Shown: positions 21,701 through 34,898, counted from the first letter of the stretch. The stretch: 57,656 bases of DNA from Macrostomum lignano (GCA_002269645.1 NIVC01004154.1:1-57656); one strand, 5' to 3'. Program-made: numbers and translations. Notes: generated by a model not told the origin, from the letters alone.

Positions 21701-22983
21701 CCTGTCATTCTGAGTGTGTAACCTGACCATTCTGAGTGTGTAACCTGTCATTCTTAGTGTCCAACCTGTCATTCTGAGTGTGTAACCTGTCATTCTGAGT
21801 GTGTAACCTGACCATTCTGAGTGTGTAACCTGTCCTTCTGAGTGTCCAACCTGTCATTCTGAGTGTGTAACCTGTCATTCTGAGTGTGTAACCTGTCATT
21901 CTGAGTCTGTAACCTGTCATTCTGAGTGTGTAACCTGACATTCTGAGTGTCCAACCTGTCATTCTGACTCCTGAGCGTCAAACCTGTGCTGTGATCTTAT
22001 GTCTCCGCATCCACGAATTTGTCTGCCTGTTTTTTTCAGTGTCTTTAGATCTGTCTGTCTCCCCGAGCGTCCTGCCAGCCTGTCTGCACGAACCTGTACA
22101 CCACCCGGGGCAATCCGCCGCCAGAAGCGACGCCGCTAGCACCAGCCGATCCGTGCTCGCTGTCATCACTAAACTGCATCAGAGCGTTCGGACTGTGGAA
22201 CACAAACTTTGTACCGTCAGTTTCGACGCCATCTAAACGGAAATATTTACGCCAGGCGTTATTTAACACAGCGTCTCGATAGTGCGTCTCCAGGCTGTCG
22301 CTACTGGCCTCATCGAACGGGATAAATGTTGTATCAGCATCCTCGCCATCGGGCCGGTAAAACCAGGTGCACCGACGGATCTGCATTAACGAACTTTCAG
22401 CATTGCCTACTTCTTCGTCGCCCCAGTAGACTGGGCGCATGTACCGGCCGGACAAATTGGCGTCGAATCTGATTGACATAAAAATAAGTAAAAAATGCGC
22501 GTTGCACTACTTTTAGTAAAATTGATTGCATTAGTAAGTCAATATCCCGCATAAAAGTGAGACGGAAACCTTTGTTGGTGATAGTGACCGTCAGTTAATA
22601 ATGCGACTGTCAAATAAATGGTCACTCGTGCGACCATAAAAAGATGAGCAAACCACCATTGTGACCCTTGTGTGTTCAGGTTGATTTAAGAAATGCAAGA
22701 ACTTGACAGTCACATTGGAGGGTCACAAATCGATCAGTGTCAAAATTTGACCGTCTCAATATTTTGCGGGCATGATTTACCAAGTAAGTTTTACTAACCT
22801 GCCTCCATTCACGGCAACAATATTAGCTGTCTGAGCAGTTGCCGCCTCCTCAAGCTGACAGGAGTCGTACAGAGAGAATGGCAGCCAAACACGCAGGCTG
22901 GCATCGACGCGATGCTGGTGAAACCAGTGGGGCTCTACTGGCTGGTACATTGACTGGCTAGGCGACATAGGGTTAGATGCCAT
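15743..22983 (-). CDS. DDHD2: DDHD2/SEC23IP-family intracellular phospholipase A1 (WWE-like, lipase, SAM, DDHD domains)
   Basis: complement(join(15743..16681,17592..17882,18633..18770,18876..19202,20524..20914,22094..22468,22799..22983)); the exon 5 donor is uncertain because of the TE. Motifs EPHWF, GGR|FD...[46 protein letters not shown], lipase GHSLG, SAM LTDAELK|[64 protein letters not shown]2 versus SEC23IP orthology cannot be resolved by eye. Confidence 0.9.
15750..16245 (-). repeat. Coding GC-rich minisatellite encoding ([11 protein letters not shown])n at the DDHD protein C-terminus
   Basis: 12/21/33-bp units, in frame after the DDHD domain, up to TGA at 15743. Confidence 0.8.
16760..17530. 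repeat. 21-bp minisatellite (ctcactctccgtctctccaat) with ~180-230 bp higher-order blocks in DDHD intron 6
   Basis: Block ctccaatttcaatcctgtctcacctatctcactccaaatctac recurs near 16870, 17053 and 17279. Confidence 0.9.
17907..18617. mobile_element. Non-autonomous foldback (Mutator-like) DNA transposon, 711 bp, 9-bp TSD
   Basis: TSD cgttaattg at 17898-17906 and 18618-18626. Termini gggggggtttcacaa and ttgtgaaagcacccc. Left arm is tandem tttcacaaggtcgaaa, right arm is its reverse complement tttcgaccttgtgaaa, with a short unique centre near 18250-18285. Confidence 0.88.
19240..20410. repeat. 33/38-bp minisatellite (gggatgtcgaagtcggtcaatcgggatcacacaa[ggca]) in DDHD intron 3
   Basis: About 30 units; a variant marker recurs at 19796 and 20333. 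Confidence 0.95.
20960..21965. repeat. 21-bp minisatellite (aacctgtcattctgagtgtgt) in DDHD intron 2
   Basis: About 47 units. Confidence 0.95.
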
Positions 22984-24689
22984 CTTTTGAACTCTTTATT
23001 GTTAATCAGACAATGCCAGCAAGCTAAGGCATAGCTTCTTGACTGGTCTGAAGTAACCAATGCATAGGATTTCAAATGATTATTAGATCATACTTAAAAT
23101 TGACTAAAATGCCCTGTTAACTGTCAAGATATTCAATACAAATCTGTTCATCAATCAGCACATCAATCAAATTAATAGAAACATAGAACTTTATCAACCT
23201 AGTCAATCCAACTGGTATAAATTGTTGTAGACTAAAGGTTAATTGGCATTTTTTATAGATTTTTATATATACTGTAATATGGTAAATGAAGAAAATAATA
23301 AAAGCAATAGTTCAAAGCTATATCAGCCACAAATATGAAAAATTAACCCATTTTAACTTTGTTTTCTAAATTTATCAAGTCAAGCTTCTACTTAAAAAGA
23401 TTGAGTTAATAATTTTGCCTTAGTTATTTAGGAATGTTAAAAGACCTTTTAGACAATGGGAGAACTTGCTGCCATTTAAGAAAATAAGACTTCTAAAAAA
23501 CTGACTTAAGGCAAAGTTATCTTCCAGAGGGTAAGAATATCTAGATTCAAAATCCAAGAACTTGCCTTAAAATAGTAAATCTATCAGAGTATAAGCTATG
23601 ACCCTCTGATTATAATAATAAACCAGACTTAGAGAATAAAAATAAATGAAATAGGATTTAATATTGCCTTAATTTAGTAGGCCTACTTAGTAGTATTATA
23701 ATATTAAAAGTACATTAAAAGATTACATTAAGACAGGATAAGTAAAGAGTAGGGAATAAATCCTTAGGGCAACTTTGAAGGTTTCTAGAGATTATAATAA
23801 AATAATTGTAAGACAAGAAAATAAACTTTACTATAATAGTGATCATAGTAGTTGGATATTTTATTATACAAAAAACGTGGTACTAGTATATATATTTTAT
23901 GGTTACTTTATTTATTATACTGAATTCATTTCTTTATCTATTTTTTATTATATGATATCTAAGACTGTTTATTTTAAGAGTTCATTCTAATCTATATGGC
24001 ATTAGGCCTAAACTTATTATAGCCATAGGTATATAAAATGTATATTATAGTAAAAATCAAATAACTATTGTGGTAGTAGAGGCTACCACTCTTGCCTTTT
24101 TGAATATGCTAAATGTAGACTCACCTTTTTGTCCTAAAGCTGGCCTTGACTATCCATCCTGAGGTATTCCCTGACATCAGTTTGTCATTGCCTTATTTAC
24201 TAAGTTTAAGAGCCTTCATTTTTCTTATGGTTAGTACATTTCCTTTTTTTCTAGCCCTATCTGTTTTTCCTAGTATTCTTTTACTGTCTATGATTTAAAT
24301 ATGTTTTTTTTTGTCAAGTATCTGTTGACTCATGTTTGAACATGTTATGTCTTCTTCTAAAATAGCACTTGTCCTATGCTATCTACCTACTATCCAGACA
24401 TGTCTATCTTATGTTGTAATGTAGCTCGCTTTAAAATTAGCAAAAGAGCAAACATCAAAACAAACATTTAATTAACATTCATTCAAAGATTAAATGTTTG
24501 TTTTGACGTTTGCTCTATCTTATGTTGCCTTTGGGTTCTATATACTCATTCTTTCTCCTATCTTTTTAATCCTGTTTTAAACTTTTTTATTTTATACTAA
24601 TTTGCTAGTTGCTTGACCTTTTGTCTACTACTTATTTTAGATTTTAACTTGCTCACTATCTAACTCACTTATTGCTTAAGCCCAGTGTG

Positions 24690-25540
24690 GGCAGCCAGTC
24701 TGGCAGGACAACTTTGAAAGCCAGTCTGGCAGGACAACCCTGCAATTCAGCAAGCAAGGGAATATCTAGAGAAGCTCTGTCTGAGCAGGTGACCTACTTG
24801 CGAGGTGGAGGAGGCTCTGGCGACTATCTATCTGCAGTGGCAGCAGGCTGCAATTGATAAAGTTGTCCAGGCCATTTCCGCACTGGACCCGACACCAGAA
24901 GGCATGTGACCTAGTCCACCATTAATGCTCTGACAGGGCAGAAGTGATGCATCCAACTGAATCTGGCAGGCGACACTGCGGATAAGCGCAGGAATGAGCT
25001 GCAAGAATTCTTTGCTGCCATAGTCAATGCACCATTACTCCCACTGCCCAATATCCTGATGCTGCTGCCAAAGACACCGTTGCTATTAGAGGACAGTTTT
25101 AACATTGCACCAGTCACCATGGCTGAAGTTGTGATGCACACCCAGAAGATGCTGGGCAGCAAGGTGCTAGGTCCAGACGAGGTGCCAATCACGGCACTGG
25201 GCATCCACTGTGTGGCCAATGAGGTCACCCATGTGATGAACCGCGTGCTTTGATGAACTAGTGAAATGGCACCCACTGAGTGGACCATGGCACACATCAT
25301 TGCCATTCTAAAGAAGCCAGACACTACACAGCTAGATGAGCACCGAGGCATCTGTCTGCAATCCTGTGCTGCAAAGTTGTTCAACCAGATGTTGCTATTG
25401 TGGTTAAAACCCATGCTGGATCCCTACTTGCAACCTGAGCAGAATAGGTTTTGGCCCTACTGTGGCACAGTGCCATAAATCCTAGCTCTTTGACAAATCA
25501 TTGAAGAGGCGCGCACATGCCAATTGGACTCAACAGGTAT
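24690..25540 (+). mobile_element. Decayed non-LTR retrotransposon (LINE, RTE-like) reverse transcriptase fragment
   Basis: Pieces SKVLGPDEVP, EWTMAHIIAILKK, HRGICLQSCAAKLFNQMLL.WL...LDPYLQPEQNRF, ILAL*QIIE match the N-terminal part of the LINE RT domain; interrupted by stops and frameshifts. Confidence 0.8.
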
Positions 25541-26238
25541 TAACAACAACAATAACTAATTGAACAGAGAAAAATTATCTAGATGAATAGAATTTATTTG
25601 ACTTGACAATAAATAAATAAATAAAGTATATGGCCATAAATAATAGGTAAATAGCAAAATTTATTTCTATTTTTCCTTTTGTTTTTAGATTTTTTGGACC
25701 CTTTGCAATTGCAACAATCCATATTGCAACAAAGGTAGGGCCTAAGGGCCTAGCAAGGTCTAAGCTATGCTAGACAGCCACCTATGTCATCCAGACTTTA
25801 GCATGCTTTTGAATCTTAAATTGCTATTTCTTTCTATAGTATAGCACCTGACTTGCCTCTACCACTTTAGATAGGCCTGTTAACATCTATGACTATGGCC
25901 TTGGCTTGTTATTTTGTTGTAGGCCCTAGGCAGGTAGGTAGGCCTACTGAACCTTAATAGGCCTAGGCCTTGATCTCTATCAAAACTATACAATTGCTTG
26001 ATCATGTGACATTAATGCAGTTAGGTAAATACAAATGTGTTGAATTATAACAGTTTGTGTAGTAGGGCCTAGGCCTACTCTTAAAAGACGAAAGAGATCT
26101 GTGAGCTGAAATAATAGGCCTAACTTACTAACTATAGGGCCTAGCCGAATAGTATAAGAAATTGTAAATCCATAATACTACAATAAAAATGAGTTGTTTG
26201 TATGTAGCTGTATGTGTAAATTTATCTTCCCTATGGGT

Positions 26239-26397
26239 CAGGGGCGGACCCAGGATTTTATCGAGGGGGGGGGGGGGCAAGCCTCACGTCTGGTCAGGCC
26301 AGAGCTGCAATTAGGGTACCATGATACCAATACATCTGAGGATTTTTTTGGCAGAGCTGAGGGGGCCCCCTTGCCCCCCCCCCTCGGTCCGCCCCTG
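26239..26397. mobile_element. hAT-type MITE, 159 bp
   Basis: TIR CAGGGGCGGACC / GGTCCGCCCCTG; perfect 8-bp TSD ctatgggt at 26231-38 and 26398-405. Confidence 0.9.
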
Positions 26398-27062
26398 CTA
26401 TGGGTAAATTGTAAATTCATCTGCCTGCTAATAAACGCGGGATTTGAGCTACAAAATGACACTCAATTTTACACGAGACCACACGTCAACATGCTAACAA
26501 ACACGTTAAGAATTAATGCATGATATCTCATTAAAAAGAATACAAAAATGAATGCCTAAATTAAAAATTCTTTTAGAAAAGCAAGTTTTAATTTTTTTCT
26601 ATAAAGAGGCTGATTTCTTACTGCAACATTTTGTTTTTATGTTTTTAAATTAAAGAAAAAATTAACTTAAGTCCAACTTCTTGGAAATAACCTCACAAAA
26701 TACTGAAGTTAAAGTTTTACTTGTTTGCAGTACAGTGCAATGCCCATTATACTTTCTAATCGTGCCAGTTATGGTTTAAAAATTTACTTTTAGTACTATG
26801 CCATATTTCATCGATTTCATGGTATATCAACTTTAATTTATCTTGAACTATCTTGAATTTGGCCCCAGATTCCAATTTGGCACCTTGCTTTGTCAATGTC
26901 CAATTCAAGCTCAATTACAATTGCTTGGGCTTAGTCTTAGATACTTTAATTTAAATTTCATCATATTTTCTAAAGCTCATATTTAATTTAAAATATTGAT
27001 AGTCGTAGCTATATAATTATTTGCATTTTTGGTATTTAAGACTTGTTGATATTAATTATTAA

Positions 27063-27322
27063 CATACATGCGCAACCCCCTGATTTACACTGGCCATGCG
27101 ACTTACTTTTTGACCAAAAATGCGACTTACCTGTAAAAGAAACCCTAACGCAATTTTGGGTAAACGGCAGGAGTAACTATGATTGTCTTATAAGGTATAA
27201 ATGCCTCATCATCTAATTAGTACTGTCTTTCTTCAGGCTGGGAATTTTTGCGACTTACCCCTGGTCCACCACAATTTACAGTGGCCAGATCGGCCAGGTC
27301 GGCCAGCAGTTGCGCATGTATG
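27063..27322. mobile_element. MITE with 8-bp TSD (P- or hAT-like), 260 bp
   Basis: Perfect 14-bp TIR CATACATGCGCAAC / GTTGCGCATGTATG; TSD attattaa on both sides. Confidence 0.85.
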
Positions 27323-27925
27323 ATTATTAAATTAATAATCTATAAACTTTAACATCAAACAGAGTCTATAGCCATACCATTGTCGTCCATAAGCCTACAT
27401 GTTACAATGTCATCTAGGTCATTAATATGTCATCTATAGATTCTATATAGGGGGCCTATTATATATATATTAATTATATATAGCTAGGACTATCAATATT
27501 TTAAATAGTATTATAGTTATAGACCTAATCTTACTTTCACAATTCCTAGGGTCTATGTAAATATCAGCAATAGGTCAATTTGGCAACGACCATTTTGGCA
27601 ACAAATATGATAGAAAAATTACAAATATCTATGGTATAGTGAACTACCCCCTAGCTGACATGACTCCCCAGCAGGCATTTTGTTGAAACTGTTTTAGAAT
27701 TGAATGCCTAAGTTTCAGACTCACTTTAGGGCCTATTATATTATATTATTTGATTGATACTTTCACTGTCCCTCTATGTACATTATATACACCATGCTCT
27801 GCCTAAGTGACTATCAGTTCATCTCCCTCATCTCTTTCGTCTAATCAAATCCAATCTGATTAGTATAGTACAAGTGTATATGGCAGAGTGGAATAATGGC
27901 AAAAATATGAGCGCGCTACCATTGT

Positions 27926-30900
27926 CCCAGTGAAAAAAATGATATGGATTCCATGTGGATTTTTCATATGAAATCCATATGTGCATTTGTCTCCGTCCAT
28001 CCATGTGGAATCAAGATATGGATTCCACATGGAAGATCCACATGGAAGTAATTATGTATTTCACATAGAATCCACATTGTCATTGAGTAAGCAGCCATTA
28101 TACTGGTTGCCATAATAAATTGTTGCATCCTAAATCTCAAAATAATACCAGATCTCAAAATTTCATACAAACCCCAGATCTCAATACCATATAAAAGAAA
28201 CTGAAACACAGATAAAACATTAGCTATAGCCAAAAATATTTCTGCACAAAAATATATTCAAAAAGGATGTATCAATAAGTAAGGTGTATTTATGTACAGT
28301 AGTGAGTCACTAGCACACAAAGAATAAACACACTGATGTAGATATTGATATCTTTAGAGTTGCGCTGCGCATATGATATAATATATAATTTGAAATTGAC
28401 ATTGTCAATAGCATTAATTAATTAACAATAATATAATGCACCAAAATTAGAACATTCAGAAACATGCTGCTGCCAATTGCCAGAATGCTGCTTCTTCAGG
28501 TCAGGTGAGCAACCTTAGAAAAGAAAGGGGTTAAATTACAGAATTTTATAACAGATTGATAATAGATTTTGTAATAGATTTTGATAGATTTTGATCTTAT
28601 AACAGATTTTGATGACAGAAAAAATCAGTTTATAACTAAAACTTACCATTGCTTCACAAAAGGTAGCATTTGAGATATTAAATTCCAATTCCAAGTAGCT
28701 TTGCATGCTTCTTCAAAGGCAAGACCAAGGTGACATCCAAGTTTGAGGATGGGCCATGTAATGTTAGGCTGAAATGAAATAGAAAAATAATTGTTGCCAA
28801 TTAAGATTGATAGATAATATTGATATAATTCATAAAACTAATTTAAGGATGAATACTTAATAAAGTTTATTTTAAAATTAACTAGGCCTAAGTCCTAGGT
28901 TTATTTTTTAAGCGCAAAGTGTGCCAGGGGTTAGCGAAATGGGCAGCAATGCCTCCTCGCTGTTTCCGGATGCACAGAGCCCCCTGCAGCTAAGTCAAGT
29001 AAGTCAAGTGCACCCTAAATCTTAAAATTGTACCTTGAAAACTGACATTAAAAAGTTGATACAGTTTAGGTGCGATCTCATTACCTATTTTTATGTTGAA
29101 GCCTTATTTGCATTGCCTTTATATAAGAAAAAAAAGAAACTGCATTCTAAGCCTTAAAATCATAAAACCCTAAAAGTGAGCATAGGGTATGATTTTGCAC
29201 CTTGTCTCTAGCAAAAAAGAAAACCCTACCTAAGTCAATCAATAAAATAAAATAAATAAAATTAAAATAATAAGTATAAAAATAATTAATATATGTTTCT
29301 ATAAATTTAATTTTTTATTTTAAAATTGATTTGAGACTATAAAGTATTTAGGCAAAGCAATGCGTTTTTCATATTTGCTGGCCTAGTATGATTAAAAGGG
29401 GGGCCGTAGCCAAGTGGTAGCGCAGCTGCTCTGGTGTGCCAGCGACCCAAGCTTGAATCCAAGTGCAGTCATATTAATTTGGGGCTGAATTGGAATCTCA
29501 GCTTGGCTCTCTGCTCATGCAATTAATGGCCTTGAGAGCCAACCCCCCAAGGCACAGTGAAGTATACATGCCTAACGATAAATAAAGCTAGGGCCGCTGT
29601 ACATTCCTGTGTGAGTGTGCTTGCATACATATCCAAATACTTGTGTGCCTGCTCAGGGGAGTCGGCGGAATGGGCAGCAATGCCTCTTGCCAGTTGTGTG
29701 CCTATGTCGCTTAAAGTGTGCCAGGGTGCACACAACCCCCCTGCCTCTAATAAAAAAGTAGTATAATCAAACATTAGGCCTAGGCCTAACCTAAGCCTAA
29801 ATAGCTATGCCCTATGGCTTAAAATTAAATTCTGGACTTGGCCTAAATCAGATCAAATTTACAATAATCATTCTTTATTTTTATTAGCAACCTTAGGGAT
29901 CTGCTAGGCTAGCTATGCCAAAAGCAAGTTGCAAGTGTAATTGCAAAGAATTATTTATTATAATTAATAATATTGTTTTTAAAAATGCAACAAGTCCAAA
30001 AGATGCTAACAGACTTTTTTGAAGAAAATCATAAATTAATTGATTTTTAACATATTAACTAGATTGACTAGTCACAATTCACAAAGTCAAGCTAGTCCTA
30101 ACCTTAATTAAAATAGAAGGACCTAAATTGATAGTTATAGCAGGCCTAGCTTAAAATACACCTATTAAGCATATATATAAATAGATAGGACTAATAGGTA
30201 GGACTAAGAGGAAATTATGAACTTCTAAAGGCCTATTTAAGTTAAAAAAATGAGTAGCCAATCTATGGACATGGCCATGGGATTCCTAGAAATTGGAGGC
30301 CTAGGCCTAAATAAATTTATCATGGATTTTACCAAAAGTATTAGGCCTATCTATGATAAAATACTGATTTATCTAATTTCTAATCTCATGGAGGCTATGG
30401 CCTGATAAGTTATTGCCTATAGGCTAGGTCTACTAAAATTTTTAAGGTGCTTAAATAGCCATAAACAAGGCAATTTATCTTTCAAGGCCTTGAATCAAAA
30501 CATTGACGAATATAAAATAAAATAAATTTAATTTTAAAAAGCACGAAGCGTTTTTTATTGTTCACTTCTATTTTGTCTATTTTAACAAACAGTGTCTTAT
30601 TTGCCAATTATAATTTAGCTTTAAGATATTAATTATTACTTTAAAACATATAAATATAATAATGAATTATAGTAATTTCCTAAAAATGTCTGAATGTGGT
30701 GTATCACAGTTTTTTACCGAAGTGGATTCCATGTTGAATCAATATACGCTTATTTCTCATGAATTCCTTGTAAAATCCACATCAACATTTGGACAGTAAA
30801 AATAAAAAAATAATGCATAAAAAATACTTTGCATACCATTATGTCATCTTTAAGTTAATAATTTGCAAAAAATAAAGAAACATTTAAATTCCACATGGCC

Positions 30901-30942
30901 ACGTGGAACCCACGTGGAATCCATGAATCATTTTTCACTGGG
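27926..30942. mobile_element. CACTA/EnSpm-like non-autonomous element, ~3.0 kb, with nested insertions
   Basis: TIR CCCAGTGAAAAAAATGAT / ATCATTTTTCACTGGG; 2-bp TSD gt; subterminal ccacatgga/ccacgtgga repeats at both ends. Confidence 0.7.
29398..29740 (+). mobile_element. tRNA-derived SINE
   Basis: A-box TAGCCAAGTGG at 29407-17, degenerate B-box gcttgaatcc at 29451-60; body shared with the 9556 copy. Confidence 0.7.
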
Positions 30943-31320
30943 GTGCTACAATTCAAAGCAAGCCTTGCAGTGTGTGTAGTTGGTTGCTTATTGCACGTTG
31001 GAGATCACAAGAACATAAAGCACGTTGTAGCTTGCAAAGTGGAAAAAGAATGGGGAGAAAGAGGTGCTATAAAAGCAATCAGTTGGTGTCATATGCTGAC
31101 TTATCAATCAGCCAATCATGTCTAGTTGTGTTGTGTGCAATGTCAGAGTTTGAAAAAGGCAGCAAAGGCTGGAGTATAATGGATGTTGCACATAGCAGTA
31201 TTGAACTTGCAATAGTGGCATTACTTAGGAAGAGTATTACCAGCTAAATAAGCTAGATGGCTTTGACTGGCTGTGTAACTTTTGCTCACAGCAGCACTAG
31301 CCTGAGCAGCACCAGCCTGA

Positions 31321-31769
31321 CCATAGTCGGGAAGGTGGCACAGTGTGCGCCGGAACTATTTTGATGGCTTTTGAGCACTGTGCGCCGTGCGCCATGAAGA
31401 AAAGATTTTGTGCGCCGCAGCGCGCCATGATAAGGTAAGTCTAAGGTAAGGTAAGGTAAGGTAAGGTATTTTTTCTACCATAAGGAATTTAGGGCAGACA
31501 AATTTGAATTTCATTTACGTATTTTATATCGTGATTTATGTAATTTACGTAATTTACGTAATTTTATTTTACGAATTATGGAATTAGGCCTGACATATAT
31601 TTTGCAAAGTATAACGAAGTGTAACTATATATTTTTTCAGCGCCATGCGCCTTGTGCGCCACCAGAGCATTTCCAATTTTTCCTTGTACGCCGTGTGCGC
31701 TGTGTGTGCCAAAAAAGGGCCAATTTGCGCCGGAAAATTCACCAAAAACTGCCACCTTCCCAGCTATGG
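31321..31769. mobile_element. MITE with 8-bp TSD, 449 bp, nested in a short tandem repeat
   Basis: TIR CCATAG[TC/CT]GGGAAGGTGGCA; TSD cagcctga at 31313-20 and 31770-77; internal tgcgcc subrepeats. Confidence 0.8.
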
Positions 31770-31927
31770 CAGCCTGACAAGCACGAGCAGCACTAGCCTG
31801 AGCAGCACCAGCCTGACAAGCACAAGCAGCACCAGCCTGAGCAGCACCAGCCTAACAAGCACAAGCAGCACTAGCCTGACAAACATTGACATGAGCCATA
31901 CCTGAGCCATTTAATCAGCTGTACTGC

Positions 31928-32440
31928 ATGCATTCATTTGTTACTGGTCCTGAAGGTCACCTGAATCAGGTACCAGTGCTCATGATGGTCTTGATGTCCG
32001 GCAGAGGCTACCAGGACTACCGCTTGGTCTTCTCTGCCGCACGTGATGTGCTCCATGGCCGGCCATCCAAATGCATGATGGACTTTGAGGCTGCAATGTG
32101 GCGAGCAGTATGCACCAAATTTCCAACTGCAGTGCATCGCGGTTGTGCCTTCCACTACACACAGGCAATTTACCGCCAGATCGTCACGATTTGGACTTTC
32201 ACAAGCTTACTTGGATGATGTCGACAGCTGCCAGTTTTCTGCCAACAGCTCATGGCGTTGCCTTTTCTGCCAGGTAACCGAATCGCAAATGCATTTTACA
32301 TACTCCAAAGCACGGTCATAGACAATGAGCTCAACAGGCTCTGCAACTATGTCCAGGGCACGTGGATCTGCAACTCTAACTGCCGAGTTCATGAACTCTC
32401 AGTCTTTCAGTTATCGATTAGAACAAACAAGGAATTGTAA
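31928..32440 (+). pseudogene. Mutator (MULE) DDE transposase remnant, frameshifted
   Basis: KCMMDFEAAMWRAV...FP...HRGCAFHYTQAIYRQI, then in another frame MALPFLP...LCNYVQGTWI...SVFQLSIRTN: typical animal MULE motifs. Confidence 0.82.
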
Positions 32441-34360
32441 TTCAAATGGACTAACATTTAAAGTCCTCTACAAGCTTTTTTCTTGTCATTTCTTAAGAAC
32501 ATTAATTTCTTATTGTAATTCATTCATTTTATTGTACTTTTGGTGTCCAAGCATCCATCAGTGTCTAGGTTTTATACTGTTGACACATTGATTAAGTTTT
32601 ACATTAAAAATTGTTTTAACATAGGTTTAACAAAGCTTGTAAAACTTAATGTAAAGTTTTACACTATAATTCGTTTTAACAACATTTAAACAAAGGTTGT
32701 AAATTTGTGTAAGTTCTGAAATTTTTTGTTGCTATGAGATAAGAATCCTGTTCCTATGCCAAAATTCTTAAACATTCAAAATCCTATTTAAGAATTGTTG
32801 CCAAAATGGTTATTGCTGAATTGACCTGTCACCAAAATGGGTGTCACCAAAATGGTTTGTCGCCAAAATGGACCAGATTCTATTTAAGTAGCTTAAAATG
32901 GCTTAAAAAAATTTAAAATGACTTAAAATGATTTTAAGCACCATTTTAACGTCCTCAGTAAAACAAAACAAATGACAAAATTTTCTTCTTAAAATATATT
33001 TGTGTTTATAAACAGTGTTTTTAGAATTATAAGAAAACTGTTTTAATATTTTAAGCAACTAGATAGTCAGTCTAAACTTATTTACTATTTGTAATAGTTT
33101 TTTACTATTTGAGACTGTAAATTTTAACAAATTGTTAAGTGAGAAACATTAGTCAATATTGCTTCAGTAAATTGTTTATTACTAGTGTTATTCATTTAGT
33201 GTAAATAATCATTCTAACAATGCTAAATATCAGTCTAAATTACTTTGTTGACATGTGTAATCAAGTCTATGTAAACATTGAAATGCAGAAGTAAATGCAG
33301 AAGAACACTCTTGACTCTTCATGCCTTTAGACTACAATACATGTACATGTATTAGTGCTAATTAATTAGTCAAGGTTAAAAAATTAACCTTCACCTTCTT
33401 CTAAGTCACTGTGCTCCTCAATCATATCAGAATAGAGTGCAAGTTTTTTGCAACCTGCATGGCTATGTGTGTATCACATCATATCGGCAGTGCCCACTGT
33501 TTCTGTCAGTCAAAGTGTTTCTGATTCAATTGGCTATACATGTACCTATAAACAGGGCTTGACATCAGTGTGCGGGCATGGCCTGCTTCACATCACATTG
33601 TTAATTATTAAAATGGGTGCATGTAAATTGTTAGCTTTTAGGACAAATCCACTGCACTTTTACTTTCCTTAGCAGAACATTTTGCTCAAGGCTAGAAAAA
33701 AGAATAAAATAGAATAATGGTAAATTATATTAATTTGTTGCAAATGAACTTTAAATTAGACTGAATTTAGCATGGCTAATCATACAAGCGAATGAATTTA
33801 TTTATAAAATTTCTGACATTAAAGTAGTTTTGGCATAAAAATAAGACTGAAAAATTTAAACTATCAACTTTAGTTTGTGCAAATTTAAAGTTCATTAGAG
33901 ACCAGTATTTATTAGCAATGAGAATTTTTAGCTTAAGTAACAGTGCATTTATTAAGTGTATCAATGTGGTAATATTAATTTAATTTTTATGAAATAGTCT
34001 GGGTGTGACTGTTTCTGCAATTGATAGAGACATTTTATAAATTGCATTTGTGAAATAGCACTATATCATAAGATTTAGCAAAAATGCTTAAATTGAATCA
34101 AACCTTAATATCTAGTCTATTATCACTTAGGTTTTGGTCCATTATGGTCCATTGCAGTCCTGTTGTAGTCCATTGTGGTCTATTGTGTCTATTGCAGTGT
34201 TTACATGGACTGCAATTCCTGTTCCTATGCCAAAATAAAATACCAAATGATAATGTTCTCTAATTGATAATATGGTATAAGATTCTAATCCTTCAAAATC
34301 TTATGTTGCTTTTTATATCTATGTTTTGACAATGGCTAGGCCACTAGGCCCTATTTCTCT

Positions 34361-34898
34361 GGTTCCTGGACACTTTGTCATCTTACTACTTTGTAATTTA
34401 CTCATATTTCTAGACACTTCATTATCTTACCACTTTGTTATCTATAATAACTGTGGATACTTTGTCATTTACTCCCTGGACACTTTGTAATCCACTTTGT
34501 CTAAAAAAATTAGCTATCTAAATGTAACTTCGTTAGCTAAGTTGTATCAGTAGTCATAAATATATGTGGCCACACTGTGTCTAAATAGGGGCCTATTTAT
34601 ATATGCAACTATAAATATTAAGATTAAAGACATTATATATAACATGTATATGTATCTACATATAGTCGCCTTCCTCCTTTTACATTCTGGGCTTGGGACT
34701 AGACAATGGTAGAGTTACAACCCACAAAGATAGTTGTCAAATAGTTGTATAATTGTGTAGTCTTATTTGCTTTTCATATGTGATTTCATGATTTCATCTA
34801 GATTTTTAACATTTTTTGGTATGACAAAGCATCCAAAAACCATGGTCACTTTGTCATCTAGATGATGAACTGGTAAGATGACAAAGTGTCCAGGAACC
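34361..34898. mobile_element. Foldback-type MITE, 538 bp
   Basis: Perfect 26-bp TIR GGTTCCTGGACACTTTGTCATCTTAC; flanks atttctct/atttttct (7 of 8 match); internal cactttgt subrepeats. Confidence 0.75.

Noticed and set aside
22559-22757. Possible MITE in DDHD intron 1 (gagacgg...ccgtctc)
   Set aside because: Only a 7-bp inverted match and no TSD.
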